Shown one piece after another: positions 41,565 to 52,931 of a DNA stretch of 64,000 bases. The notes beneath the pieces were generated by a model. It worked only from the letters and a program-made list of their open reading frames with translations. It made no database searches and was not told where the DNA came from. The stretch is from an uncultured Ulvibacter sp. (lineage in GTDB: Bacteria > Bacteroidota > Bacteroidia > Flavobacteriales > Flavobacteriaceae): contig CAJXZB010000013.1 of NCBI GenBank assembly GCA_913063405.1, forward strand, positions 13,317 to 77,316, given 5' to 3'. Position 1 is the first letter of the stretch. Every line of letters starts with the position of its first letter. The position numbers and the translations under genes were made by a program.

Positions 41565-43349
41565 TTAACGCACTCCGTGCATCAACTTTTTCAAGACAGG
41601 GTTTAGTAATATTGATAGCACACCAACTGCAATTGGAACCAATGTAAATATTAAAAAGAAAGTACTCAATGAATACTCTGCTGTAATTTTATCAATCATA
41701 CCTCCCATTGTCCCCGCTGCTTTTTGTCCAATAGCAATGGCCAAGTACCAAATACCGAACATAAATCCAATCATTCTGGCAGGCACTAGTTTACTTAAAT
41801 AAGATAATCCTACCGGTGACAAGCACAACTCTCCCATTGTATGCAACAAATAGGCAAGAATTAAGAAAATCATACTTACGGAAGCCGTTTTAGCACCCTG
41901 AGCAATGTCTCCCGTTCCATACGCCAATATTGCGAAGCCAAGACCCAATAATATAAGCCCTAATCCATATTTCATAGCGGCACTCGGGTTGTATTTACTT
42001 TCCCACCATTTTGAAAAGAAAGGGGCTAAAGTGATAATAAAGAAAGAATTTAGAATTCCAAACCAAGATGCTGGAGCTTCCGTCGCATCTTTACTAAATT
42101 CTCTATTCAATTTCCAACCAACAATAATCCAAAGTCCTACAAATGCAACGGCAAGAACAATGTTTGAATAAGGAATTTTAGAATAGGTTTTTCTGAACAA
42201 TAAATAAAGCACCCAAGTAATAATAGCCAATGGCCCTACAGTTAAAATAAGATCGACAATTTTAAATATCATCGCTGAAGAACCAGTTAACGAACGCTCC
42301 GTATAGTCTCTAGCAAAAATTGTCATCGAACCAAGGGATTGTTCAAATGCCGCGAAAAAGAAAACGGTAAAAAGACCAAAAATAGAGACCGCAATGATTT
42401 TATCCCTAACAACTCTTTCGTACCTACTTACTCTTGAGACAATAAGATACAAGAACATTACAAGACCGGCTAAAATGGTGACAGTTGAGCCATCAAACCC
42501 TCCCACAGAAAATCCTAATAAACTCGAATCACTAACCTTCGACATAGGGTCATTAAATAAATACAACAATCCACAAATCGTTGAAAGTGCAATAAGAATT
42601 TTATCAATTGAAGTAAAAGGGTTCAGCTTTTCATTGGATTTAGCATCTTCTTGTTCGGCTGGGCTTTGCTCATTTATATTTTGAGCTAATTCCACTTCAT
42701 ATTTCTTACTTGGACTTTCACCAATACTACCAAACAAATCCTTCGCCAATAGAAATTGTAACATTCCTAAGAACATGAATATTCCGGCTAATCCAAATCC
42801 CCAAGACCAACCTAAATTTTCAGCCAAATAACCACAAAGCATCATCCCGAAAAAAGCTCCTGCATTTACTCCCATATAGAAGATGGTATAGGCTCCATCT
42901 TTTTTTGACTCCTTGCCTTTATACATTTCAGAAATAATAGAGGTAATATTAGGCTTAAAGAAACCAGTACCAATAACCAATAAGGCAAGACCCAAATACA
43001 ATGAAAATTGAGTTTCAAAAACCATAGAAACGTGGCCAAGTGTCATTATAATACACCCAATTACGACAGCCCATTTATAGCCGGTGAACTTATCGGCAAT
43101 ATAGCCTCCAATAATTGGTGTTAAATAAAGTAGCGACGCATATGTACCTATTAAGGCCAGTGCATGCTCTCTCGGCCATTCCCAACCTGGATTATCTCCA
43201 ATTAATGGCGCTGTTAGAAAAAGCACTAATAGAATTCGCATTCCATAGAACGAAAAGCGTTCCCACATTTCCGTAAAAAACAAAACAAACAATCCTGTTG
43301 GATGCCCTAGAACTTTGTCTTTAAATAGGTTTTCAATATCCGTATTCAT
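41565..43349 (-). CDS. POT/PTR proton-dependent oligopeptide transporter
   Basis: EMWERFSFYG, FYMGVNAG and GELCLSPVGLS motifs. Confidence 0.95.
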   Translation of the reverse strand: MNTDIENLFKDKVLGHPTGLFVLFFTEMWERFSFYGMRILLVLFLTAPLIGDNPGWEWPREHALALIGTYASLLYLTPIIGGYIADKFTGYKWAVVIGCIIMTLGHVSMVFETQFSLYLGLALLVIGTGFFKPNITSIISEMYKGKESKKDGAYTIFYMGVNAGAFFGMMLCGYLAENLGWSWGFGLAGIFMFLGMLQFLLAKDLFGSIGESPSKKYEVELAQNINEQSPAEQEDAKSNEKLNPFTSIDKILIALSTICGLLYLFNDPMSKVSDSSLLGFSVGGFDGSTVTILAGLVMFLYLIVSRVSRYERVVRDKIIAVSIFGLFTVFFFAAFEQSLGSMTIFARDYTERSLTGSSAMIFKIVDLILTVGPLAIITWVLYLLFRKTYSKIPYSNIVLAVAFVGLWIIVGWKLNREFSKDATEAPASWFGILNSFFIITLAPFFSKWWESKYNPSAAMKYGLGLILLGLGFAILAYGTGDIAQGAKTASVSMIFLILAYLLHTMGELCLSPVGLSYLSKLVPARMIGFMFGIWYLAIAIGQKAAGTMGGMIDKITAEYSLSTFFLIFTLVPIAVGVLSILLNPVLKKLMHGVR

Positions 43350-43378
43350 ATAATTGATTTTTGGTAGTGTATAAAAAC

Positions 43379-43409
43379 AAAAAGCCTTATAGTTTATATA
43401 AGGCTTTTT
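43379..43409 (-). terminator. Intrinsic terminator between the two POT genes
   Basis: AAAAAGCCTTATA...TATAAGGCTTTTT. Confidence 0.7.
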
Positions 43410-43421
43410 AACTTGTATTTT

Positions 43422-44807
43422 TTAGTTGTCTGCTAACTCAAAACCTTCTGCTTCGTCATGAATTACTCTTTCATTATCCTCTGCTCCATGTGTAAGGGTT
43501 TCTAATTTCTTACGGAATACCATCACCAACAATCCAAAAGCAACACAGAACACGGCAATACCTGTGAAAATCGTGTATTCTCCTAGTGATTCTGAAGCTT
43601 CTCCCAACAATCCAGCTAATTTATTTCCGAAACCAGTCATTGCAAAATAAACACCCATCATTAAAGAGGCATACTTTAATGGAGCCAATTTGGTAATATA
43701 AGATAAGGCTACTGGAGAGATACAAAGCTCTCCAACTGTGTGGAACAAATAAGCTAATACTAACCAATACATTGCAGAAGATCCGTTACTTTCAAATTGA
43801 CCAGCAGCAGCCGTCATAAAAAAGAATCCCGCTCCCATTATTATCAGGCCAATGATCATTTTAAATAATGAGGTAGATACTTTTCCTTTTAATTTTCGCA
43901 TCGCCCAATAAGCCGCAACACTAGTTCCTAAAAATATAATGAACATTGCATTTAAAGATTGGAACCACGACGCTGGAACTTCCCAACCCATCAACATTCT
44001 ATTGGTTTTCTCAGAGGCATAGATATTCATCAATCCACCAGCCTGCTCAAAAGCACCCCAAAAGACAATTACTAATAAGAAAGAGATAAATAAAACGACT
44101 ACTCTATCTTTTTCAATTTTGGTCAATGGTTTCTTCATTGCTTCTTTTTCTGCGGCATTTTCCGAAGTACCTAAAAAGTTTCCTACTGTCTTCAGATGTT
44201 TCTGTCCAGCCAAGTATTGAACAAGTCCTAATGCCATTCCAATTCCGGCCAATCCGAAGCCATAATGCCAACCATGAACCTCTCCAACATAACCTACGAT
44301 TAGAGCCGCTAAAAAGGCTCCAATGTTAATTCCGATATAAAATATGGTAAATCCTTTATCTCTTCTTATATCTCCTTGTTGATATAATCCTCCAACCATT
44401 GTTGATATATTCGGTTTTAATAAACCAACTCCCGCGATAATAAGGCCAAGACCTGAATAAAAAGCCCACATTTGTTCAACAGCTAATATACTGTGTCCCG
44501 CTACAAGCAATATTCCTCCATATAGTACCGCCTTTTTCTGACCAAAAAATTTATCTGCAAGCCATCCACCAGGGATAGAGGCTACATATACTAGCATTGT
44601 ATACCACCCATAAAGAGCTAACGCTTCACCATTACTCCAGCCCAACCCAACATTATCTCCTGTGGTCGCCGCAACTAAGTAAAGCACTAAAATTGCGCGC
44701 ATTCCGTAGTATGAAAAACGTTCCCACATTTCTGTAAAGAATAGAACATATAGACCTACTGGATGCCCAAATAACTCTTTTTGTTTAGGTTGTACTGCTG
44801 TTGACAT
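43422..44807 (-). CDS. POT/PTR proton-dependent oligopeptide transporter
   Basis: EMWERFSYYG and FYIGINIG motifs. Confidence 0.95.
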   Translation of the reverse strand: MSTAVQPKQKELFGHPVGLYVLFFTEMWERFSYYGMRAILVLYLVAATTGDNVGLGWSNGEALALYGWYTMLVYVASIPGGWLADKFFGQKKAVLYGGILLVAGHSILAVEQMWAFYSGLGLIIAGVGLLKPNISTMVGGLYQQGDIRRDKGFTIFYIGINIGAFLAALIVGYVGEVHGWHYGFGLAGIGMALGLVQYLAGQKHLKTVGNFLGTSENAAEKEAMKKPLTKIEKDRVVVLFISFLLVIVFWGAFEQAGGLMNIYASEKTNRMLMGWEVPASWFQSLNAMFIIFLGTSVAAYWAMRKLKGKVSTSLFKMIIGLIIMGAGFFFMTAAAGQFESNGSSAMYWLVLAYLFHTVGELCISPVALSYITKLAPLKYASLMMGVYFAMTGFGNKLAGLLGEASESLGEYTIFTGIAVFCVAFGLLVMVFRKKLETLTHGAEDNERVIHDEAEGFELADN

Positions 44808-44833
44808 ATTTTGTTGAATTAGTTAGTAAAAAA

Positions 44834-47038
44834 TTAGTTTTTAATCTGAATCAAATTATCCTTTGGTTCGCCCAATGACTCTTTAATAAAGCGTGTCATT
44901 TTCTTATATAAATGCAAGCGAGTATTTCCTCCATAGATACCATGGTTTTTATCCGGATACACTGCCCAATCAAAATCTTTATCGGCTTGAACCAACGCCT
45001 CGACTAGACGCATTGTATTTTGAGCATGCACATTATCATCTGCGCTACCGTGCACTAATAAAAAATCGCCTTCAAGTTTATCCACGTGAGAAATTGGTGA
45101 ATTCTCATCGTAACCAGAAGCATTTTCCTGCGGTGTCTCCATATATCGCTCAGTGTATATAGTATCATAGAATCTCCAACTACTTACTGGCGCTACTGCA
45201 ATTGCCATTGCAAATGTATCTGCTCCTTGAAACAAACAATTAGAGGACATAAAACCTCCATAACTCCATCCCCAAATCCCTATGCGATTTTTATCTATAT
45301 ATGAACGCTTACCAAGTTTTTTAGCTACAGCAATCTGATCTTCAACTTCGTATTTACCAAGCTCTTTCTGAGTCATTTTCTTAAAATCACGTCCTTTTAA
45401 ACCAGTACCTCTTCCATCAACACAGGCAACAATAAAACCTTCCTGCGCCAACATTTGATGCCAATAATCATTAGAACCTCCCCATCGATTTGCCACCGAT
45501 TGAGAACCCGGCCCAGAATACTGATACATAAACAAAGGATATTCCTTGTTTGGATCAAAGTTTAATGGTTTAATCATATACATATTTAGGTCATTCCCAT
45601 TAATGTTAATGGTTGAATATTCTTTGGGAGACATTTTGTATCCATTTAACTTGCTCTTCAAAGAAGTATTATCAACAATATCACGAAGTTGATTTCCTTT
45701 TAGCGATTCGTGCAATGTATACTTCTGAGGTGTTTTAGCGTTGCTAAATGTATTTATGTAATTAGAGTAATCTGCGCTAAAAGAGGCACTATTGGTTCCC
45801 GTTTCAGTAGATAAACGAGTTTTATTCTTTCCAGAACGCAATACAGAATATACGTCCCGATTAATACTCCCATTTTCCGTGCTTTGATAATAAATACGGC
45901 CTGTCCTTTGATCAAAACCATAATAATTAGTTACTTCCCAATCACCAGATGTTATTTGATTGATCAGCTTACCAGTTTTATCATAGTAGTAGATTTGGTT
46001 CCATCCACTTTTCTCACTTGTCCAGATGAAACTATTGTCATTTAAAAAAGTTAAGTCGTCTTTAATATCTATATAGGCCTTATCCGTTTCTTGTAAAACA
46101 AGTGACGCGTTATTATTAGTTGCATCAACAAAAACCAAATCCACCTTATTTTGATGACGATTGGTTAATTGAGTACTAAGTACATTCGTATCCTCAGTCC
46201 ACATAATTCGTGGAATATAATAGCTGTTATAACCTGAAAGGTCAACGTTCGATGTCTTCCCAGAAGCTAAATCATATAAATGCAAAGATACTTTGGCATT
46301 GGCCTCACCTGCCTTTGGATACTTAAATACTTGTTGTGTCTGGTATAGTTCCTTTCCGTAAACGTCCATTGAAAACTCTGGCACTTCAGTTTCATCAAAA
46401 CGTATGAAAGCTATTTTTGAACCATCTTTATTCCAATCGAAAGCCCTTACAAATGCGAACTCTTCTTCGTACACCCAGTCTGTAATACCGTTAATTATGC
46501 TGTTTTTCTTTCCATCGAATGTAATCTGCTTTTCCTCTCCGCTGCCAAGGTCCTTGGTATATAGGTTATTATTAAATCCATAAGCAACTTTCGTCCCATC
46601 ATTATTAAAGGTAGGTTCTTGTATTTTATTGTTAGAAACCAATTCAAATTTCTTCGATTGAATATCATAAATGTAATACGTTCCAAGCCTAGAGCGTCTG
46701 TACACTTGCTCAAGGTTTGTAGCTAATAACAGCTTACTTTCATCTTTGTTAAATTCATAAGAAAGAATTCTCGAAACACCACCCAGATCGTTAGTATTTA
46801 CAATAGTTCTAACCTTTTCTCCGCTCTTATAATTATATACATCTACGGTAGATTGTTTCGCTGTGCGGTCATAATTTAATACAGAGTACTCCTTTCCGTT
46901 ACTGAGAGATCTCAATACATCCAAACCTTCAGTTCTAAAGGAACCACTCCAAATATCGTCTAATGCTATGTCTTTTTGTTGCGCTGAAAGTGTAGTAATT
47001 GCAGTAAGAAACAGCACAAAAATTCGGGTGAGAAGCAT
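44834..47038 (-). CDS. Dipeptidyl peptidase IV (S9B)
   Basis: DWVYEEE, GWSYGG, HGSADDNVH; start trimmed to ATG 47038. Confidence 0.95.
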   Translation of the reverse strand: MLLTRIFVLFLTAITTLSAQQKDIALDDIWSGSFRTEGLDVLRSLSNGKEYSVLNYDRTAKQSTVDVYNYKSGEKVRTIVNTNDLGGVSRILSYEFNKDESKLLLATNLEQVYRRSRLGTYYIYDIQSKKFELVSNNKIQEPTFNNDGTKVAYGFNNNLYTKDLGSGEEKQITFDGKKNSIINGITDWVYEEEFAFVRAFDWNKDGSKIAFIRFDETEVPEFSMDVYGKELYQTQQVFKYPKAGEANAKVSLHLYDLASGKTSNVDLSGYNSYYIPRIMWTEDTNVLSTQLTNRHQNKVDLVFVDATNNNASLVLQETDKAYIDIKDDLTFLNDNSFIWTSEKSGWNQIYYYDKTGKLINQITSGDWEVTNYYGFDQRTGRIYYQSTENGSINRDVYSVLRSGKNKTRLSTETGTNSASFSADYSNYINTFSNAKTPQKYTLHESLKGNQLRDIVDNTSLKSKLNGYKMSPKEYSTININGNDLNMYMIKPLNFDPNKEYPLFMYQYSGPGSQSVANRWGGSNDYWHQMLAQEGFIVACVDGRGTGLKGRDFKKMTQKELGKYEVEDQIAVAKKLGKRSYIDKNRIGIWGWSYGGFMSSNCLFQGADTFAMAIAVAPVSSWRFYDTIYTERYMETPQENASGYDENSPISHVDKLEGDFLLVHGSADDNVHAQNTMRLVEALVQADKDFDWAVYPDKNHGIYGGNTRLHLYKKMTRFIKESLGEPKDNLIQIKN

Positions 47039-47191
47039 TTTATTCAAAGTGTTAAATTTTAAGTATGCCAAGTTTACTAAAATTTCACGAAGATATGGGT
47101 GTTTTTTTGTTAAATACAATCAATTTGTTAGCAACTTCGCAGTAAAATGGTTGTTTAGAAATACTATCTTTGCCCTTTACAATGTTTTAAT

Positions 47192-48505
47192 ATGATAAAG
47201 CCCGTTTCAGGATTTTCAAAAAAAACGAAGGTCGATAAAATTGAGTGGTTAGCCGAAACCTATTTGACCAATGACGCTGGGGCAATATCTATCTTAAAGA
47301 AATACTGGAACAGTGATGAAAAATTGCAGAAGTTACACGATGACTTTATCGAAAATACGATAAGCAATTATTACCTGCCTTTGGGTGTGGCTCCTAATTT
47401 TCTCATAAACGATGAGCTTCTTACGTTACCCATGGTAATTGAAGAAAGCTCGGTCGTAGCCGCTGCCAGCAATGCGGCAAAATTTTGGTTGGATAAAGGT
47501 GGTTTTTGGGCTGAAGTTATTTCAACTCAAAAAAATGGACAAGTGCATCTTAATTTCTTCGGAACAGAGGAAAATCTTATTAATTTCTTTTCTGAAGTAA
47601 AACCAAAACTTATTGAAAGTCTTCATGACATTCAGAAAAACATGAAGCAAAGAGGCGGTGGACTCGTTGATATTATCATAAAAAATTCAACTCAAGCACT
47701 TCAAGGTTATTATCAATTGCACTGTACCTTTGAGACGTTAGACGCCATGGGTGCTAACTTTATTAACAGCTGTCTTGAAGAGATTGCCAAAACTTTCGAA
47801 ACAGAAGCTGCAGCCCATACTACTTTTATTGACAATGATACATTTCCTGAAGTAGTCTTAAGCATATTATCGAATTATGTTCCAGAATGTTTGGTAAGAG
47901 CCAAAGTAAGTTGCCATACGGGTCAATTGTCTTCCAAACACATTGATGGAAAATCGTTTGCAGAAAAATTTGTTCGAGCCGTCGCTATAGCAAAATGTGA
48001 ACCTCGTAGGGCAGTAACCCATAATAAAGGCATTATGAATGGTGTTGATGCTCTTATTCTTGCCACAGGGAACGACTTTAGGGCAGTAGAAGCTGGCATA
48101 CACGCCTATGCCTCAAAAGATGGCACATACACTAGCTTGACAGATGCTAAAGTCGAAAATGATATCTTTTCTTTTTGGATTGAATTACCCTTGGCTATAG
48201 GAACTGTAGGCGGCCTAACTTCTCTACATCCATTGGTGAAATTTGCTTTTGACCTTTTACAAAAACCAACCGCCAAGGAATTAATGAAAATTGTCGCTGT
48301 TGTTGGTTTAGCACAAAACTTTGCAGCAATACGATCCCTTATTACAACGGGAATCCAGAAGGGGCATATGAAAATGCATCTTATGAATATTTTAAATCAA
48401 CTTGACACTACCACAACTGAAAAGAATATGGTAGAGATTCATTTTAATAAAAACCCAGTTTCACATAGTGCCGTAGTGAACTATGTCGAAAAACTTCGCT
48501 CTTGA
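47192..48505 (+). CDS. mvaA: Class II HMG-CoA reductase
   Basis: EESSVVAA, DAMGAN, THNKGIMNG and GIQKGHM motifs. Confidence 0.93.
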   Translation: MIKPVSGFSKKTKVDKIEWLAETYLTNDAGAISILKKYWNSDEKLQKLHDDFIENTISNYYLPLGVAPNFLINDELLTLPMVIEESSVVAAASNAAKFWLDKGGFWAEVISTQKNGQVHLNFFGTEENLINFFSEVKPKLIESLHDIQKNMKQRGGGLVDIIIKNSTQALQGYYQLHCTFETLDAMGANFINSCLEEIAKTFETEAAAHTTFIDNDTFPEVVLSILSNYVPECLVRAKVSCHTGQLSSKHIDGKSFAEKFVRAVAIAKCEPRRAVTHNKGIMNGVDALILATGNDFRAVEAGIHAYASKDGTYTSLTDAKVENDIFSFWIELPLAIGTVGGLTSLHPLVKFAFDLLQKPTAKELMKIVAVVGLAQNFAAIRSLITTGIQKGHMKMHLMNILNQLDTTTTEKNMVEIHFNKNPVSHSAVVNYVEKLRS

Positions 48506-49412
48506 TTTGAAAAATAACTTCTACAGTAACGGAAAACTATTACTCACAGGCGAATACCTAGTGCTGGATGGAGCTACAGCGCTTGCAATGCCTACTCGCT
48601 ACGGACAATCCTTAGAGGTTACCTCAAGTGAAGAAAAAGGAATATTCTGGAAAAGCTTGGACCAAAATGGAGCCATATGGTTTGAGGAAGTATATAGAGT
48701 TGAAGATTGTGAAGCGAAAGTCGGGGGTGAGAATAAAACCTCTCAATCATTAAGTTACATCTTACAGCAAGCTAAAAACCTAAATCCAAAATTCTTAGAA
48801 AATCAAATGGGATTAAACGTGACAACTCGCTTGGATTTTCCTCAGAACTGGGGCCTAGGTAGCTCCTCTACACTAATAAATAATATCGCTCAATGGGCAG
48901 AGATAGATGCGTTCACTCTGCTTACGACAAGTTTTGGAGGAAGCGGTTATGACATTGCTGCGGCTCAAAATAACACGCCTATTCTTTATAAAATAGAGGA
49001 TGGAGCTCACATAACGGAAACTGTTGCTTTTAATTGGAACTTCATAAATAGTTTATTTTTTGTACATCTTAATAAGAAGCAAGATAGTAAGGAAGGAATT
49101 ACGATATACAAAAACACCTCAGTTAGTCTCGTGCAACGTAGCATTATTAGTGCAATAAGTCATTCATTATTGGTTTGCGAATCTCTTTTGGAATTCGAAA
49201 AACTGCTTCAGAAACATGAAGATTTGGTTTCAGAAATTATCCAACTTCCAACAGTAAAACAACGCCTCTTTAGCGATTATTCAAATACTATAAAAAGTCT
49301 TGGTGCTTGGGGTGGCGATTTTGTTCTTGCTATAGGTGATGAGGGCGATCATGACTATTTCAGAAAAAAAGGGTATAACACCATTGTTCCTTTTTCAGAA
49401 ATGATTCTATAA
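48483..49412 (+). CDS. GYDIA-family GHMP kinase (mevalonate pathway)
   Basis: GKLLLTGEY, WGLGSSS, GSGYDIA, KSLGAWGGD; start may be TTG 48507. Confidence 0.88.
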   Translation: MSKNFALDLKNNFYSNGKLLLTGEYLVLDGATALAMPTRYGQSLEVTSSEEKGIFWKSLDQNGAIWFEEVYRVEDCEAKVGGENKTSQSLSYILQQAKNLNPKFLENQMGLNVTTRLDFPQNWGLGSSSTLINNIAQWAEIDAFTLLTTSFGGSGYDIAAAQNNTPILYKIEDGAHITETVAFNWNFINSLFFVHLNKKQDSKEGITIYKNTSVSLVQRSIISAISHSLLVCESLLEFEKLLQKHEDLVSEIIQLPTVKQRLFSDYSNTIKSLGAWGGDFVLAIGDEGDHDYFRKKGYNTIVPFSEMIL

Positions 49413-49469
49413 AAAAGCCTCCTTAAGTTTACTTAAAGAGACTTCATTTAATTTCTTAACTATCATCTA

Positions 49470-51578
49470 CTAAAAGAAGTTCGCTCTATTATCTTCAATT
49501 TTCGCTGCTTTCTTTAAAGCTTGGTATACCGTGTTATTAACAGCTGGTGTAACCTTCGCATTTAACTGGTTCGCATACGTAGCATAGTTCTCAAGATCTG
49601 GCGCTTTATTTACTGCCAAAACACGAACTTTATAAACTCCAGCCTTACCATCGATAAAATCAGTTTCTTCTCCTGCTTTCTTTCCGAAAGAAGCACCGAT
49701 CACCGCCACTTCTGGACCTCCGCCTGGAATAGTTGGCGCTGCCATTGTAATTGCGGTAGCCGTTTGAACCCTTACATTTTGGCTAGTAGCAATTTCTTGC
49801 AATGTAGTACCAGAAACGGATTCGCGTATCTTCTTCGCTTTTTTCTCATTACGTAAAATGGGAGTAACGACTGAAGAAGCTTCAGCAACACTCATAAGCC
49901 CTTTTGGATCTTTACGAGTTAATTGAGCGATTACGTATCCATTAGGTATACTAAAACGTTTTACATCTCCTACTTTACTTTCTTCATCAAATCCCCAATT
50001 GATTATAGTACGATTGTTACCTATACCGGGGATATTCGCGTCAAGCTCTCCAATTTTGTTTACTGGCTTCACTTCAATTCCTCTTTCCTCGGCCAATGTC
50101 GAAAAATCACCGTCTTTCACCGCTACTTCAAATTTTGAAGCATTTGAGAAAATATCATTGAGCGTTTTTTCCGAAGCCTCAATCTCTTTCACAACCGTAG
50201 CCACTTTGACTGCTTTTTGTAAATTCTTATGATCCGTTACTTGTATGACGTGATATCCAAAATCTGTTTCAACAATTCCAAGGGTGCCTGGTTTATTATC
50301 TATAGTGAAACTATCGAAAGCAGGAACCATTCTTCCCGGAGGATTATACCCCAAGTCCCCGCCTCTGGTTTTGTTCGATGAATCATCAGAGAACCCAGCA
50401 GCTAACATCTCGAATTTGCTTTTATCTCTCTTTACCACATTTAAAATACTATCTGCCAATTTCTTTGCATCCTCTTTAGACCGTTTCATATCTGATGCCG
50501 CTCTAAGGGATCCTTCATATCTAATTAAAATATGCTTAGATTGAATCGAGTCTGGTAGTTGTTTTGTTTCTACTATTTTTGACAGGTTGAACGTGTTGTC
50601 CAATTGATATGGTCCATAGACAGAACCTACACTTATATTAGCATATAGTGAATCTGCAATAGCTTTTGGCAAATCCTTTTTAAACATCCATCTGTCTACA
50701 AATGCCTTATCCGAATTTGCATTTACAAACTCCACATGATCTGTTGTTTGACCAAAACCAGCAATTGTATCACTATATTCTATTCTTTCTTTTAACAGGT
50801 CTGCCATCTTACTTTTGGCAGCCGTGATGTCATCTGCAGAAGGGTCTTCAGAAAAAGACACATATTGAATATCCACTTTTGAATCCACCTCAAATTCTGA
50901 GACATGGCCCTTAACATATGATCTAATTTCCTCTTCGCTCACCGCCACATCTTCATCCGCAATTTTAGAATAAGGAATCATTACATATTGAAGGTTCAAT
51001 TTGTCGTTTTCAAAACGATATTCTTGTTCACCTTCATTAATTGTGCTTCTTAAACCACCTTTGATCATATTAAAATAGGAGTTCTGTAAAATATTATCCT
51101 CTGTGCTTTTTTCGAAGTCTAACCATTGTTGGTAGGTTGAACCTCCTGTAGATTTCACACTGGCAATATACTCCTGCAATTTCCCTTCATCGAATACACC
51201 AGCCTCATTCAAGAAGGTAGGATTCGTCCCTAAATTAGCACGTAACGCGTTACTAATTTGCTCTTTCTCTGCAGAAAGACCTAATTTTTCAAACTGTTCT
51301 TCTAAAAGCACAGTGCGTAATTTACTGTCCCAAACACGATTCATTGCTTGAGAGGTTGTTCCATTAGGACCTAAAGTTCGTTGAGTAGCTTCCACTTCGC
51401 GCATAAATTCCTCTCTATCAATATCGTTCCCGTTTACTGTCGCTACAGTAGTTTGTGATTTTTCTGATGAGAACCCACCGTTACGAATAACATCCGCCAA
51501 TATGAAGGAGAACAACGCCAAAGCGATAATTATGATAAGGAATACTCCTCTTTTTCTAATACTATTTAAAATTGCCAT
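49470..51578 (-). CDS. ppiD: PpiD/SurA-type peptidylprolyl isomerase
   Basis: N-terminal TM, SurA-like domain, parvulin HILI..GGDLG..FGYHVI. Confidence 0.85.
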   Translation of the reverse strand: MAILNSIRKRGVFLIIIIALALFSFILADVIRNGGFSSEKSQTTVATVNGNDIDREEFMREVEATQRTLGPNGTTSQAMNRVWDSKLRTVLLEEQFEKLGLSAEKEQISNALRANLGTNPTFLNEAGVFDEGKLQEYIASVKSTGGSTYQQWLDFEKSTEDNILQNSYFNMIKGGLRSTINEGEQEYRFENDKLNLQYVMIPYSKIADEDVAVSEEEIRSYVKGHVSEFEVDSKVDIQYVSFSEDPSADDITAAKSKMADLLKERIEYSDTIAGFGQTTDHVEFVNANSDKAFVDRWMFKKDLPKAIADSLYANISVGSVYGPYQLDNTFNLSKIVETKQLPDSIQSKHILIRYEGSLRAASDMKRSKEDAKKLADSILNVVKRDKSKFEMLAAGFSDDSSNKTRGGDLGYNPPGRMVPAFDSFTIDNKPGTLGIVETDFGYHVIQVTDHKNLQKAVKVATVVKEIEASEKTLNDIFSNASKFEVAVKDGDFSTLAEERGIEVKPVNKIGELDANIPGIGNNRTIINWGFDEESKVGDVKRFSIPNGYVIAQLTRKDPKGLMSVAEASSVVTPILRNEKKAKKIRESVSGTTLQEIATSQNVRVQTATAITMAAPTIPGGGPEVAVIGASFGKKAGEETDFIDGKAGVYKVRVLAVNKAPDLENYATYANQLNAKVTPAVNNTVYQALKKAAKIEDNRANFF

Positions 51579-51668
51579 CTTCGTCTAAAATTTATAGGGG
51601 GCGAAAATACCATTTTCCCTGCATTAATAAAAAAGTTAAATTGAATATTTTAACTAAATATTCAATTT

Positions 51669-52922
51669 CTAATCTTCAAACTCGCATTTTACTTCTACAA
51701 GTCCGATTTTGGTATTAGAAACCTCGAGAATGTGAAAGCTGCAATTCTCTATATCAACGGTTTCTCCTTGTTCGGGAATTTCTTCAGTATAATTTACAAT
51801 CATACCTCCCAGGGTTTCGTAATTTTCGCTTTCGAAAAGGTTTAATTTATACGTTTCATTGAGATAATCTACCTCCAAACGAGCCGAAAATCTATAGTGC
51901 CCTTCACCTAGATCCTCCTCAATTAGTGCAACACTATCATGTTCATCTTCAATCTCCCCAAATAACTCTTCGATGATATCTTCAACTGTTATAATTCCAG
52001 CGGTCCCACCATATTCATCAATAACAACCGCCAGGCTCCTTCTCTTTTTACTCAGAATATTCAACACATCTTTGGCTAACATTGTTTCAGGAACAAAAAC
52101 AACAGGCATGATAATGTTCTTAATAGCTTGAGGCTTTTTGAATAGTTCAAAGGAGTGAACATAGCCAACGATATCATCAATACTTTCTTTATAAACTAGG
52201 ATTTTTGAAAGCCCAGTATCTATAAAAATCTTACTAAGCTCCTTAAGTGTTGTATTAATATCCACAGCCACAACTTCCGTTCTTGGAATCATTGCTTCCC
52301 GGGATTTTACTTCGGAAAAATCCAAAGCATTTTGAAAAATTTGTATTTCAGTGTCTATCTCCTCATCGGTTTCGGCAATTTCCATTTGTTCAGAAATATA
52401 GTTTCCCAACTCTATTTTACTGAAACTTAACTGCACTGTATCTCCTTTGGTTTTAAAGAAGAGTTTCAATACCATGTCCGAAATCCAAAGCACAAATTCA
52501 GAAATAAATGTAAAAGTTAAATAGAAAAAATAGGCAGGGACAGCGAATATTTTCACCAAACTGTTAGCATAGATTTGAAAAAATACTTTTGGTAGAAACT
52601 CGGCGGTGAGTAGGATAACTATTGTTGAAATTATCGTTTGAACCAAAAGTCCCGTAAAGCCATCGATGTGGATATATTTCATCAACAAATCTCCCATTAA
52701 AAACCCATAAACCACAAGCGCTATGTTATTACCAACAAGCATCGTAGCAATAAATTTTGAAGGGCGTTTGGTTATCTTCTGAAGGACTCCCGCTAAGAAA
52801 TTATTTTGTTTCTTCTCTATTTCAATATGGATTTTATTGGAAGAAACGTAGGCAATCTCCATCCCCGAGAAAAAAGCAGAGAGCAGTAGCATTACTAAAA
52901 TAATTAAAATACTATAATCCAA
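51669..52922 (-). CDS. CNNM/CBS/CorC (hemolysin family) protein
   Basis: FFSGMEIA, AEFLPK, VIDEYGG..EDIIEE. Confidence 0.92.
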   Translation of the reverse strand: MDYSILIILVMLLLSAFFSGMEIAYVSSNKIHIEIEKKQNNFLAGVLQKITKRPSKFIATMLVGNNIALVVYGFLMGDLLMKYIHIDGFTGLLVQTIISTIVILLTAEFLPKVFFQIYANSLVKIFAVPAYFFYLTFTFISEFVLWISDMVLKLFFKTKGDTVQLSFSKIELGNYISEQMEIAETDEEIDTEIQIFQNALDFSEVKSREAMIPRTEVVAVDINTTLKELSKIFIDTGLSKILVYKESIDDIVGYVHSFELFKKPQAIKNIIMPVVFVPETMLAKDVLNILSKKRRSLAVVIDEYGGTAGIITVEDIIEELFGEIEDEHDSVALIEEDLGEGHYRFSARLEVDYLNETYKLNLFESENYETLGGMIVNYTEEIPEQGETVDIENCSFHILEVSNTKIGLVEVKCEFED

Positions 52923-52931
52923 TTAGATTGG

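Noticed and set aside
47192-49412. Mevalonate genes as a novel horizontal acquisition
   Set aside because: The mevalonate pathway is established in Flavobacteriaceae and the context is core genome
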